Made by a program: the position numbers and the translations under genes. The notes under the pieces are model-generated. The model searched no databases. It saw nothing but the letters and a program-made list of their open reading frames with translations, and was not told where the DNA came from. 44,893 nt of DNA, from contig JBBAVS010000001.1 in NCBI GenBank assembly GCA_040397585.1, positions 28,156 through 73,048 of the forward strand, written 5' to 3'. The stretch is from Pirellulales bacterium (GTDB lineage Bacteria > Planctomycetota > Planctomycetia > Pirellulales > UBA1268). Position 1 is the first letter of the stretch. Every line of letters starts with the position of its first letter. This document shows, in pieces, positions 7,613-16,446 of the stretch.

Positions 7613-10600
7613 TTAATTCGTCCGCGGCGTGGGCTTCGGGATTGGCTTCGCGGTGAGTTCGCCGACGACCCAGTCGAGGCCCTCGAGGTTGTCAAGGAGC
7701 CGAGCCTCTGCGTCGTGGCCGGTGTGGTTGAGGATCCCGATCGGGCCAGTGTAGCCGCTCTCGCAGATCGTCTTCGCGAGTGCCACGTCGAGATCGCCCT
7801 GGCCGATGACGAGAATCTTCCTTCCGGTCGATTCACCATCGGCGGTCATGCCATTGAGGTTGAGGAAGTGCAGGTGCGGCAGCATCTTCGCGAGGGCCTC
7901 TTTGAACCGCGGCAGGTGGCTGTGACCGTGGTGCTGGTTGTAGACGATACCGACGGTGGGCATGGCGAGGGCCTCGCACACGGCCACCATGTTTTCCGGC
8001 TCCCCGCCCCAGCCGCCGTGGTTGTAGATGGAGACGCGGCAGCCCGCCTTCGCGGCCTGCTCGGCCACGGGCCGCAGGGCATCGGCGGCGTGCTTCACCT
8101 TCGCCGCCTGGTCGAGCTCGGCGGGGGCACCGATCATCGTCCAAAACGACGGCTTGAGCCCGCGCTTCTCGAGGCTTGTGAGCAGCCCGGGAAAATCCGG
8201 TGGTGTGGCCCAGAAGGCGTCGAGTGCGACGCCGTGCTTCGCGAGCGCGTCCCACTCCCGGTCGAACGTGGGGATGTGCTCCGGCCGCCAGTCGTAGGCG
8301 AAGTGCGTGAAGCCGAGTTTTTCGAGCATCGCCGCGCGATCCTCGGGGCCGCGCTGCTTGGCGTCGAACGGCACGATGCACCAGGCCACGAGGTTGTCGC
8401 GGCGGAAGAGCTCCTGCGCCTTCGCGGCGACATCGATGGGCTCGTCGTCTTCCACGATGAGCAGGCCGTTCATCAGCTTCCAATGGCCCGGGAACGTGCA
8501 GAGGAAGGGATAGCGGCCCGGCGCGTCGGGTACGGTGAAGTAAATCGTCTGCCGCTTGCCGGGCTCGGTGATGTCGGCGTAGGCGACGACGTCGTCGGTC
8601 TTGGGCACATAGTGCCGGGCCACGGCCTCGGGGTCGGCGATGAGCCCGTCGGCGAGTGTGCCAACGGCGGCGAGCATGCCGGGCTTTGCAAGCACCCAGT
8701 TGTGCGGCACGACGTCGGGATTCACGAACGTGAGGGCCAGTTTTTCACCGGGCTTGGCCCGCAGTTCCGGCGTCTTGTAGGCGAGGTTCGAGGCGACCTC
8801 CATCACGAGCTCGCGGGAGCCCTCCACCTTCGTCAGCCAGGGATTCTTGACCGTGGCCTTTATCATCGCGACGTCGCGCAGGATCGGGAGGGCCCCGACG
8901 GGCCGCGTCACTTCCTGATAGTTCGGAATATCACGAAACGGCTCGTCGAGCGCGTGCACGGTGGCGAACACGTCGCGTGTCGTGTCTGGGCCGACCGCCA
9001 CCTGAAGATGCAGCTGGTTCACCGGCTGGAGGTCGGGCATCTCAAGAAACAGGCTCTGGCCGTCGGAGAGCACCGTGGCCGAGCGGATCGCGAGTGGATC
9101 GTGGCCCACCGTGCCGTAGTGGCTCGGTGAAAACTCGGGCGAGCCATACGCCGGGCCGTAGCGGTAGTTCCAGCACTGGGCGAAGTGGCTCGCCGCGTCG
9201 GCCGCCACACTGCGTTCGAGCGGCGCCGAGAATCGCAGCAGCACGCCGTTGCGGTGAGCCCGAATCCCGACCGGCTGCTGCACGGTGCCGCCGACATAGC
9301 GCACGCGCTGGAAGCAGCCATCGTCGACGCCGTAGACATGCCAGCCGTTCATGCCGCTCGCGTAGAGCTGGCCGTCGGCGGGGCTGAACCGGCCGCGGTG
9401 GACGCCCGAGCGGAAGTCGCCGACAAGCGGCACGACGGCTCCCTGCGGCTGGCCGGCAACCTCATCGCGGAGCACGAGGAAGTGCGTGCAGGCGCCAAAC
9501 GAAAAGTGCACGAGCTGGCCGCCGAGCGGTCCCCAGCGGTCGCTCGATACATACGTCTGCCCGCCGCTCGAGTGGTCGAGCCCGCGTGGCAAATACACCA
9601 TCGGCAGGGCCGGGGGAACGCCCCGGAAATTCAGCACGGGGTTCGCGGGCGGCTGGCCCGGCTTCTGCTTCACCTCGCAGATCGCCGAGGCGTTGGCGTA
9701 GTCGCCTTCGGAGACCGGCACGGTGATTGAGCCGTCAGGCAGGAGCGCGAGGCCGTCGGGGTCGCGAAAGCCCGTGGCCACGATGTCGATCGTCTGGCCG
9801 TCGGGGCTGATCCGCAGCAGTCCCTGGTGCGAGGCGGTGAAGAAGTTGCCGGCCACGTCGCGCTCGAGGCCGCACTTGTAGCTGTGGCCGCCGGACGGCT
9901 CGAAGCGGTTGGTCACGCAGCCGTAGAAATCGGCCTCGCCATCGCCGTTGGTGTCGTCGAGCCGGGTGAGCTGGTCGCCGCAGAGCACATACACGACGTC
10001 GTCTGTCACGACGAGGCCGAGGGCCTGGTTGAGGCCGGCCGCCATCCGCCGCCAACGCACGCTCTTGAGCTCGGCGTCGAGGCCGGAGACCCGCCACACG
10101 TCGCCCTGGATCGTGCAGATCGCGGCATCGCCGTTCGAGAAGAAGTCGTGCCCCCCGAAAAACATCAGGCTGCCCCATGGGTTGTCCACCGGCAGCGCGA
10201 TCGTGTCGACAGCATACGGCGCGCCCGAGCCAAGGGTGCCGGTGGTGGTGAGCGTCTGCGGCCACCGGCTGGGGCCACCTCTCCAGACGTGCGCGAGCGA
10301 ATGGCTCGCGAGCGGCGCGATCTCGCGGACGAGCGCGCCATCCTTCACCCACGGCGCGTCGAGATACTGCACGCCGTCGATCAGGTAGAGGAAGAGAACC
10401 CGCTTCCCATGCCGATAAAACCCTTGATACGTGTGCGGACCGGGCGGCAGTTCCGCCGCGGCGGGCGGCGGGCTGACGGGGCCGGCCGGAGTGGCCGGTG
10501 AGAGGAAGCCGTAGCGGGTTTTGTCGAACTTCAGGAAGCCGCTGGTCCACGTGGCCTCAAACTGGAGCGTATCGGGGTTGAAGCAGGCGGCGAGTTCGCC

Positions 10601-11512
10601 CGAGTCGCCGAGCCGCACATTCACGGCCCGCGGGATCGTCCGCTCGTCAAGCCTCAGTGGCCAGGCCTGCACGGTGCCCTGGTCGCAGGTGTCGCGGCGG
10701 GTGTCGTCCCACGTGGACCAGGGGATGCTGCCCCAGTGGCCGTGCGTGCCGCCGTCGAGGCCGGGATACGCGGGGAGCAGGATCGGCATCGGATTGCGGT
10801 CGCGAAACTGCCTGGCCTGCTTCGTGTAGGCGTCATAAATGCGGTGCTCGTTGACCCACAGGCCGCGGTTCGGCCAATCCGCGGGCACGAGCGGCTCGCG
10901 GGGCACGTCAAAGGTGCCCGGGCGGTGGGAGAGCGACTCGAGGCCCGGCGTGCGGCCGAGTTCGAGGAGATAGCGGACCAGGTCGCGCCGCTGCTCCGCC
11001 GGGAGCGACGTGAACACGTTGGCCGGCATGAGGGAGCCGACCTCGGTCCGCTCCTCGATCTCGCCGGGCGGCACGCTATGGCTGTTGCCCGTGGCGTCGA
11101 CGACGACCACGGCCGCCGGCGTCTCCTCCTTGACGATGCCCTGAAGCACGCGGCCGTCGGCCAGCGTGAAGGCATAGGCCCGATACTCGGGCTTCACGGC
11201 CCGCGCGGGCCAATAGACGCTCTCGACGATCTCCTCGGGCGAAAGGCACTTGGCGATCGTGGTGAGTTCGGGGCCCACCGCGCCGCCCTCGCCGGCCACC
11301 TTGTGGCACGCCGTGCAGCCGGTCGTGGCCACGCTGAACACGCCGGCCCCACGCCGGGCGTCACCCTGCGCCCGCGCGTCGGCCAGGGCCTCTTGGACGA
11401 ATGCGGCGTTCCACTCGGGCGGAGCGTGCTGCCCGCCGGCAGCGCTCGCAGCCGCGCATGCGGCCAGCGCGATCACGACGGCCCGTAGTCTGATGGAAAA
11501 GACCGGCAACAT
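7613..11512 (-). CDS. Exported multidomain redox protein: heme c domain + DUF6797-like/beta-propeller + azurin-like cupredoxin + xylose-isomerase-like TIM barrel, 1299 aa
   Basis: Signal peptide MLPVFSIRLRAVVIALAACAAASA. GDARRG...CTACH...VGPELT...SLMP (planctomycete-type heme-binding domain). DTNGDGEAD and ATGFRDPDGL propeller motifs. PHNWVL...CTFPGHWKLM type-1 copper ligands. C-terminal YNHGGWGGEPEN, YNQHHGH, GYTGPIGILNH. Start chosen from the signal peptide. Confidence 0.8.
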   Translation of the reverse strand: MLPVFSIRLRAVVIALAACAAASAAGGQHAPPEWNAAFVQEALADARAQGDARRGAGVFSVATTGCTACHKVAGEGGAVGPELTTIAKCLSPEEIVESVYWPARAVKPEYRAYAFTLADGRVLQGIVKEETPAAVVVVDATGNSHSVPPGEIEERTEVGSLMPANVFTSLPAEQRRDLVRYLLELGRTPGLESLSHRPGTFDVPREPLVPADWPNRGLWVNEHRIYDAYTKQARQFRDRNPMPILLPAYPGLDGGTHGHWGSIPWSTWDDTRRDTCDQGTVQAWPLRLDERTIPRAVNVRLGDSGELAACFNPDTLQFEATWTSGFLKFDKTRYGFLSPATPAGPVSPPPAAAELPPGPHTYQGFYRHGKRVLFLYLIDGVQYLDAPWVKDGALVREIAPLASHSLAHVWRGGPSRWPQTLTTTGTLGSGAPYAVDTIALPVDNPWGSLMFFGGHDFFSNGDAAICTIQGDVWRVSGLDAELKSVRWRRMAAGLNQALGLVVTDDVVYVLCGDQLTRLDDTNGDGEADFYGCVTNRFEPSGGHSYKCGLERDVAGNFFTASHQGLLRISPDGQTIDIVATGFRDPDGLALLPDGSITVPVSEGDYANASAICEVKQKPGQPPANPVLNFRGVPPALPMVYLPRGLDHSSGGQTYVSSDRWGPLGGQLVHFSFGACTHFLVLRDEVAGQPQGAVVPLVGDFRSGVHRGRFSPADGQLYASGMNGWHVYGVDDGCFQRVRYVGGTVQQPVGIRAHRNGVLLRFSAPLERSVAADAASHFAQCWNYRYGPAYGSPEFSPSHYGTVGHDPLAIRSATVLSDGQSLFLEMPDLQPVNQLHLQVAVGPDTTRDVFATVHALDEPFRDIPNYQEVTRPVGALPILRDVAMIKATVKNPWLTKVEGSRELVMEVASNLAYKTPELRAKPGEKLALTFVNPDVVPHNWVLAKPGMLAAVGTLADGLIADPEAVARHYVPKTDDVVAYADITEPGKRQTIYFTVPDAPGRYPFLCTFPGHWKLMNGLLIVEDDEPIDVAAKAQELFRRDNLVAWCIVPFDAKQRGPEDRAAMLEKLGFTHFAYDWRPEHIPTFDREWDALAKHGVALDAFWATPPDFPGLLTSLEKRGLKPSFWTMIGAPAELDQAAKVKHAADALRPVAEQAAKAGCRVSIYNHGGWGGEPENMVAVCEALAMPTVGIVYNQHHGHSHLPRFKEALAKMLPHLHFLNLNGMTADGESTGRKILVIGQGDLDVALAKTICESGYTGPIGILNHTGHDAEARLLDNLEGLDWVVGELTAKPIPKPTPRTN

Positions 11513-11645
11513 AATGAAAGGATAGTCGTCGCCGCGGAGACCGGCTTGCCAAGGGGCGGCAGAGGATGGAATCAGACCGGCGTGCACGCGACGGCGGGCG
11601 TGGGATAATCTCCGAAACGTCCAACCGGTCCTCGGAGATTCTCTC

Positions 11646-12407
11646 ATGGAGTCCTCCCGCGATCTACAACCACTCGATCCAGTGGCAGCGGGCGTCGCCG
11701 GACTGCTCGACCAGATCGAGGGAGTGCAGTGCTGGATCAAGGACCGCGAGGGCCGCTACGCCTGGGTCAACCGTGGGTTCCTGCTCAACTATGCGCTCGA
11801 GCGGACCGAGCAGGTCGTCGGACGCACCGATCACGACCTCTCGCCTCCACATCTTGCCGATCAGTATCGGCTTGACGACGACCATGCGCTCGGTGGCGGG
11901 ACGGTCGACGGACGGATCGAACTCGTGGGCCGCTTCGATCGCACCGCGGTCTGGTCGCTGACCACGAAGAAGCCGCTCCACGACGCCCGCGGGCGGATCA
12001 TCGGCACGCTGGGCATGACGCGGGTGGTCGATGCCGACGTCGTGCACGCGGGCAGCGAGGACGCGGCCCTCGGCCTGGTTCTCGTGCACATGCGGAGAAA
12101 CTTCGCCGAGCCACTTTCCAATTCCGCGCTTGCGCGGATCGCAGGCCGCTCAGTGCGGGCCTTCGAGCGGATGTTTCGTCGACAGATGCAGGCGACGCCG
12201 CAGCAGTTCCTGCGCAGGCTGCGGTTGCGGCTGGCGTGCCGCGAGTTGACAACGTCGCGCCGTTCGCTCGCTGCGATCGCCGCGGACCACGGCTTCTGCG
12301 ACCAGAGCCACTTCGTTCGCGAGTTTCGCCGCGAATTTGGGCTCCCACCGGGGGAGTACCGCAAACGGCAGGACGGGCCGATTCGCCGGGATCGGCCGCC
12401 TCGCTAG
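11646..12407 (+). CDS. AraC-family transcriptional regulator with N-terminal PAS domain
   Basis: WIKDREGRY...VVGRTDHDL...KKPLHDARGRIIGTLG (PAS) and LARIAGRSVRAFERMF...IAADHGFCDQSHFVREFRREFGLPPGEYR (AraC HTH). Confidence 0.92.
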   Translation: MESSRDLQPLDPVAAGVAGLLDQIEGVQCWIKDREGRYAWVNRGFLLNYALERTEQVVGRTDHDLSPPHLADQYRLDDDHALGGGTVDGRIELVGRFDRTAVWSLTTKKPLHDARGRIIGTLGMTRVVDADVVHAGSEDAALGLVLVHMRRNFAEPLSNSALARIAGRSVRAFERMFRRQMQATPQQFLRRLRLRLACRELTTSRRSLAAIAADHGFCDQSHFVREFRREFGLPPGEYRKRQDGPIRRDRPPR

Positions 12408-12490
12408 GCCGCTGCACCGGGCCAGCCCGGTTGCCAGGTGTCTTCCATGCTGGGAAATCGATGTCGCAGGGCGATGGCGTCCTGGACAGT
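12404..12490 (-). pseudogene. 3'-terminal remnant of a PhyH-family dioxygenase, paralogous to 39610-40494
   Basis: Reads TVQDAIALRHRFPSMEDTWQPGWPGAAA*, against MVEDYIALRKQFPRMEDTWQPGWPGVVA* at the end of the PhyH gene. Similarity stops near 12490. Confidence 0.8.
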
Positions 12491-12647
12491 CCAGAGAGCT
12501 TGATGTAAGCCAAAAGATACCGACGGTAGTGGCTTGGAGAAGCGACACGGCTCGCGAAGTCCATCCATGGCTCCCTGCTCGTCGACATCACCACCTGCTC
12601 GTCAGCCGCGAGCCCCCTTTCTTCGAAACCGATCACCGGAGCATGCC

Positions 12648-13289
12648 ATGCCTCTCGTCGATCTCTCCCACCCGCTCGTCCACGGGCAGCAGACCTTCCC
12701 GACCGACCCGAAGCTCTCGATCGTACCGCACGGCACCACCGCCACGCTCCGCTACAACATCTCGCAAGTGTCGATGTCGACCCATCAGGGCACGCACCTC
12801 GACGCGATGTACCACTTTGTCGACGACGGCAAAACGCTCGATCAAATGCCGCTCGACTGGTTCTACGGGCCGGCCACGGTGCTGCGGATCCCGAAGGCTC
12901 CACGGGAGGAGATCACACCCGACGACTTCCGGCGTCATGAGAGCGTGCTCGTGCCAGGGGCCAAGATCATCTACGAGACCGGCTGGCATAGACAGTTCGG
13001 CGCTGAGAACTTCTTCAGCGATTTCCCATCGCTCACCCAGGATGCCGCCCGTTACCTCGTCTCCCGCGGCATCCGCATGCTCGGCATGGACACGCCCACC
13101 CCCAGTCGCGACTGGTACGAGGTGCACCACATCCTGCTGGCGAAGGATGCGGAGATCGTCGTCGTGGAGTCGCTCGCCCATCTCGACCGGGTGCCCGACG
13201 CCATCACCTTCATGGGCTTCCCGCTCAACTTCGCCGGTCGCGATGGCTCTCCGATCCGGGCCGTGGCGATCGTGACCTGCCCCCCTTAA
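12648..13289 (+). CDS. Cyclase family (kynurenine formamidase-like) metal-dependent hydrolase
   Basis: MPLVDLSHP, HQGTHLDA (HxGTHxD), GMDTPTP, HHILL, VESL, GSPIRAVA. The last codons and the stop lie within the IS end. Confidence 0.9.
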   Translation: MPLVDLSHPLVHGQQTFPTDPKLSIVPHGTTATLRYNISQVSMSTHQGTHLDAMYHFVDDGKTLDQMPLDWFYGPATVLRIPKAPREEITPDDFRRHESVLVPGAKIIYETGWHRQFGAENFFSDFPSLTQDAARYLVSRGIRMLGMDTPTPSRDWYEVHHILLAKDAEIVVVESLAHLDRVPDAITFMGFPLNFAGRDGSPIRAVAIVTCPP

Positions 13290-13412
13290 ACGTCGCCACT
13301 TTCAGAGAGAAGGAAGCTTGGCGTGACCGAGCAGACGTACTACCGGTGGAAGCGGGAGTACGGCGGCCTGCGGACGGATCAGGCGAAGCGGCGTCAGGCG
13401 GTCGAGCATGTG
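13273..13412 (+). mobile_element. Internally deleted IS3-family (IS407-like) remnant
   Basis: Starts TGACCTGCCCCCC, an IS3-type terminus. Encodes KLGVTEQTYYRWKREYGGLRTDQAKR (OrfA HTH) joined directly to RQAVEHV (resembles an OrfB start). Confidence 0.75.
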
Positions 13413-13661
13413 CATGGCGTGCGCGGAATCGAAGAGGCGATGAACGTCGCCGAGATGCTGTGGAGACGGGCTGCGGAGCCGATTCCGACCGCGGCCGGGC
13501 CGATCGCGATCGCGCTCAGCATCGGCGTGACCATCGCCAACCCCAACGAGAGCACCGACGCACTCCTCGCCCGGGCCGACGACGCGATGTATCAGGCCAA
13601 GAACCGCGGGCGAAACCAGGTCGTGGCCATCGCGGCGACTGGCGTTCTCCCCGTTTCTTGA
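13413..13661 (+). pseudogene. C-terminal half of a GGDEF diguanylate cyclase domain
   Basis: LSIGVT...DALLARADDAMYQAKNRGRNQV is the GGDEF C-terminus. The GG(D/E)EF motif and the N-terminal half are absent. Confidence 0.8.
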
Positions 13662-13761
13662 TCCATCTGGGAGGTTCGATTTTTAACCTTTGACGCCGTC
13701 GCAAGCCGGCCTTACGCGCAACAGCCGGAGTCGATTCTCGCTTGGACTGCGAGGCCCCGTG

Positions 13762-14904
13762 TCATGGCGCCAAGGCGCCGTCACTTCCGAGGCGATGCCG
13801 CATCATCCGGATCTCCTTGTAGCGATAATCCCATGGCTGCACGATCGGCTTGTAGGAGTAGAAGATGTACAACCACTCGTCCATCACGAGCGCCTCGGGC
13901 ACGTGGGAGCAGGCCCCCGGCTCGGGCTCGAGATGCCCCAGCACCTCCCAGTCGAGGCCGTCGCGCGAGCGGGCCAGCGTGAGCATCCGTCCCTCGCCGC
14001 CGATGTTCGGCGGATAGTTTGGGGCATCGCTCACCGAGTAGAGCCACTCGCCCGCCCGCACCACGCAGGTGTTCGGCCAGTCGCGGATGAGCGGGGCGTC
14101 GTCGGCCCGCACGATGCGCCAGGCGGCGGCGTCCAGCAGATCGCCACCGGTCTCCGCATAGCCCATCGAGACGAACGTGCCCGGGAAGCAGTAGTCGAAC
14201 CACAGCATCCACCGGTCGCCATCTCGCACGAGAGTGGGCCGGTGGTAGCCGCCCATGTAGCCAGCGGGCGGATCGCCCACCTTCCCGTCTTGAAGCTCCC
14301 AGCGGTTGGAGTGCTCGCGAGACCATCGTGCGATCGGCGCCGCCGACTTCGTCCAGTGGACTCCGTCCACCGAGGTCGCGCCCATGACGCAGCAGGTGTA
14401 GAAGAGATGCTCCTTGCCGTCTGCATCCCGCACCGCTTCCATGCCAACCGATGAAAAGGCCATGTGCAGGACGCCGTCGTGCAGGACGACCGACGGGTCG
14501 CCGTTGTGAAAGTTGTCGTAGGGCTTGTCGTCCGCCGTGACGACGGGCACCCATAGCGAAGGCGTCATCGTGGCGTCCCACCCGGCGTCGCCCGCATACA
14601 CCTCCCAGCGCTTCAGGTCTTTCGACCGGGCACAGAAGATGGCGTCGTACCCGGGGTGTCCCGGGTTGCCCTCCTCGGCCGCCCAGCCGAAGAGCCACAT
14701 CCGGAAAGGATATTCTGCGTCGGGCACGCGCACCACGCAGGGGTTGTAGAGGTTGTGGAAGCCCTTGAGCAGCGGCTCCCGCGTGATCTCCCAGCCGGCG
14801 GTGATGTTGCGGAGCCGATTTGGTTCGACGGGCTCTGCGATCGCATGGCACGAGACGGCCCAAGCCAGCGCCGCCCACACCACCCGTCGCCGTGCACGCC
14901 TCAT
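13762..14904 (-). CDS. Secreted five-bladed beta-propeller glycoside-hydrolase-like protein
   Basis: Signal peptide MRRARRRVVWAALAWAVSCHAIA. Blade-start motifs YNPCVV, GDPSVV, HRPTLV, WPNTCVV, HVPEAL, and S-x-D-x-x-x-W boxes (SKDLKRW, SVDGVHW, SRDGLDW). Family not assignable by eye. Confidence 0.65.
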   Translation of the reverse strand: MRRARRRVVWAALAWAVSCHAIAEPVEPNRLRNITAGWEITREPLLKGFHNLYNPCVVRVPDAEYPFRMWLFGWAAEEGNPGHPGYDAIFCARSKDLKRWEVYAGDAGWDATMTPSLWVPVVTADDKPYDNFHNGDPSVVLHDGVLHMAFSSVGMEAVRDADGKEHLFYTCCVMGATSVDGVHWTKSAAPIARWSREHSNRWELQDGKVGDPPAGYMGGYHRPTLVRDGDRWMLWFDYCFPGTFVSMGYAETGGDLLDAAAWRIVRADDAPLIRDWPNTCVVRAGEWLYSVSDAPNYPPNIGGEGRMLTLARSRDGLDWEVLGHLEPEPGACSHVPEALVMDEWLYIFYSYKPIVQPWDYRYKEIRMMRHRLGSDGALAP

Positions 14905-15064
14905 CTCAAGCCCTCGGTTCACTTCGCATGGACGTGATTCTACCCTTTTGGCGGCCAGCGCTGGGCGGCTTGAGAACAGCGGGTTTTCGGTGGACGCAAG
15001 CTCGGTCGGTCCAGGCTGCGGCCGTGGCATTCGCAAAGGCGTAGGCTCGGCCGACACTTGCCAA

Positions 15065-15086
15065 AGTGCCATTGGCCGACCTTTTC
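15065..15086 (+). repeat. Second copy of the putative IS91-like end motif
   Basis: AGTGCCATTGGCCG (15065-15078) is identical to 7590-7603. Confidence 0.5.
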
Positions 15087-15087
15087 T

Positions 15088-16446
15088 TTAGGCCCCAGGG
15101 GCCACCTCGGTGAGCCGCTGTACGGCCTCTTCCTCGCCGAGCGTTCCTGATGCTGCGAGGGACTTGGCCGCAGCCGCAATCACAGCCTCGCGATCCTCGA
15201 CGTTTGCCTGCGCCCACGCCCGCAAGGCATTCACGTGCTCACCCCGCACGAACTGCCAACTGAACGGAGTATTTTCATCACCAGCGTTCACGTAGCCGTG
15301 TACCTGCCACCAACCCACGAGGGCCCTCGTGGCGGCGGCCAGGTTTGTGGCGGCGGCTGAGGAATCGACAGGCTTGGCGATCGCCTCCAGAAATCCGCGG
15401 CGGCTCTCCACCTCGGCCGCAAGGATATTGAGATAGCGCCGCTGCCCGCCCGGGATGAACCGGCCCGCCTCGCCAAAGAGCGCGGCCTTCCGCAGGCGGA
15501 CGGGAAGGTCGGCAGGCAGGCCTTCGAGCGGCAACGCCATGCACCGCCATGCCGGCACGAGCAGGTCTCGCGGTCCGCCGAGCAGGTCGGCCAGGTCGCC
15601 AAGGACCTTCTCGTCAGGCGTGTCGAGGTAGGAGAGATCGGCCGCCCCGCGTGCAAAGAAATAGAGGTTCGGCAGCAACCCCCAGGGCTCGGGCATTCCG
15701 GGGCCGAGCTTCTCGAGCGACGCCTTCACGAACGGCATGATTCGCTCCGGCGGGTGGTTCGCGTTGCCCCCCCACACGCTGTCCGTGCCCCAGCCGCACC
15801 ACACCCAGGGGATCACCCGCTGCTTTGTGGGCGCCGTGCCGTGGGCATCGATGGCTGCCCGATCAGCGAGGAAGACGGAGAGCCATTCCTCCGGCCTCGC
15901 ACCGGGATACCCGCCCGGGTCGCCATCGATCGTGACGTATGCATCCGCGGAATTGACGATTTTCATCATTGCCCGACGGTGTGCGAAATACGCGGCGGCT
16001 TCAGCCGGGTCGTCGAGGCGGACATGCTTCCACACAGGATAGGGGTTACGTTCTTTCCACGGCTTCGCGGCGATCGACTGCGGCGGCGTGAGGTTCGGAG
16101 TCTGCACGAGCCAGAATTCGAGGCCGGCCGCATGGGCGTCGTCGATCGTGCGGCGGTAGTCCACCAGCGCCTTCGCGTCGGCCTCCGAAAGCGGAGCGGG
16201 CATCGACTCGAACATCGGCCAGTTCATCACGCGGTCGAAGCCCAGCCGCGAGAGCAGTTGGTACATGTTCGCAAAATCGTCCTGCGACCAAGACCGCACG
16301 GCGAAGGGATGCTTGTAGAGCCAGCCCTCGTGGAGATAAAACCCACGGTGCTTGAAGCCCTGGGGGCCGTCTGCCGCCGAAGCGACCGCTGCCAAGACAA
16401 CGACCAGCAGCGTGGCCGGCCACCCGAGCCAACGGACACTGTTCAT
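15088..16446 (-). CDS. Hypothetical secreted protein, possibly glycoside-hydrolase-like TIM barrel
   Basis: ATG at 16446 overlaps the AraC stop (ATGA) and has a GGAG upstream. Signal peptide ends ...LAAVASAA. FKHRGFYLH...LSRLGFDRVMNW looks like a barrel start. Function uncertain. Confidence 0.6.
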   Translation of the reverse strand: MNSVRWLGWPATLLVVVLAAVASAADGPQGFKHRGFYLHEGWLYKHPFAVRSWSQDDFANMYQLLSRLGFDRVMNWPMFESMPAPLSEADAKALVDYRRTIDDAHAAGLEFWLVQTPNLTPPQSIAAKPWKERNPYPVWKHVRLDDPAEAAAYFAHRRAMMKIVNSADAYVTIDGDPGGYPGARPEEWLSVFLADRAAIDAHGTAPTKQRVIPWVWCGWGTDSVWGGNANHPPERIMPFVKASLEKLGPGMPEPWGLLPNLYFFARGAADLSYLDTPDEKVLGDLADLLGGPRDLLVPAWRCMALPLEGLPADLPVRLRKAALFGEAGRFIPGGQRRYLNILAAEVESRRGFLEAIAKPVDSSAAATNLAAATRALVGWWQVHGYVNAGDENTPFSWQFVRGEHVNALRAWAQANVEDREAVIAAAAKSLAASGTLGEEEAVQRLTEVAPGA

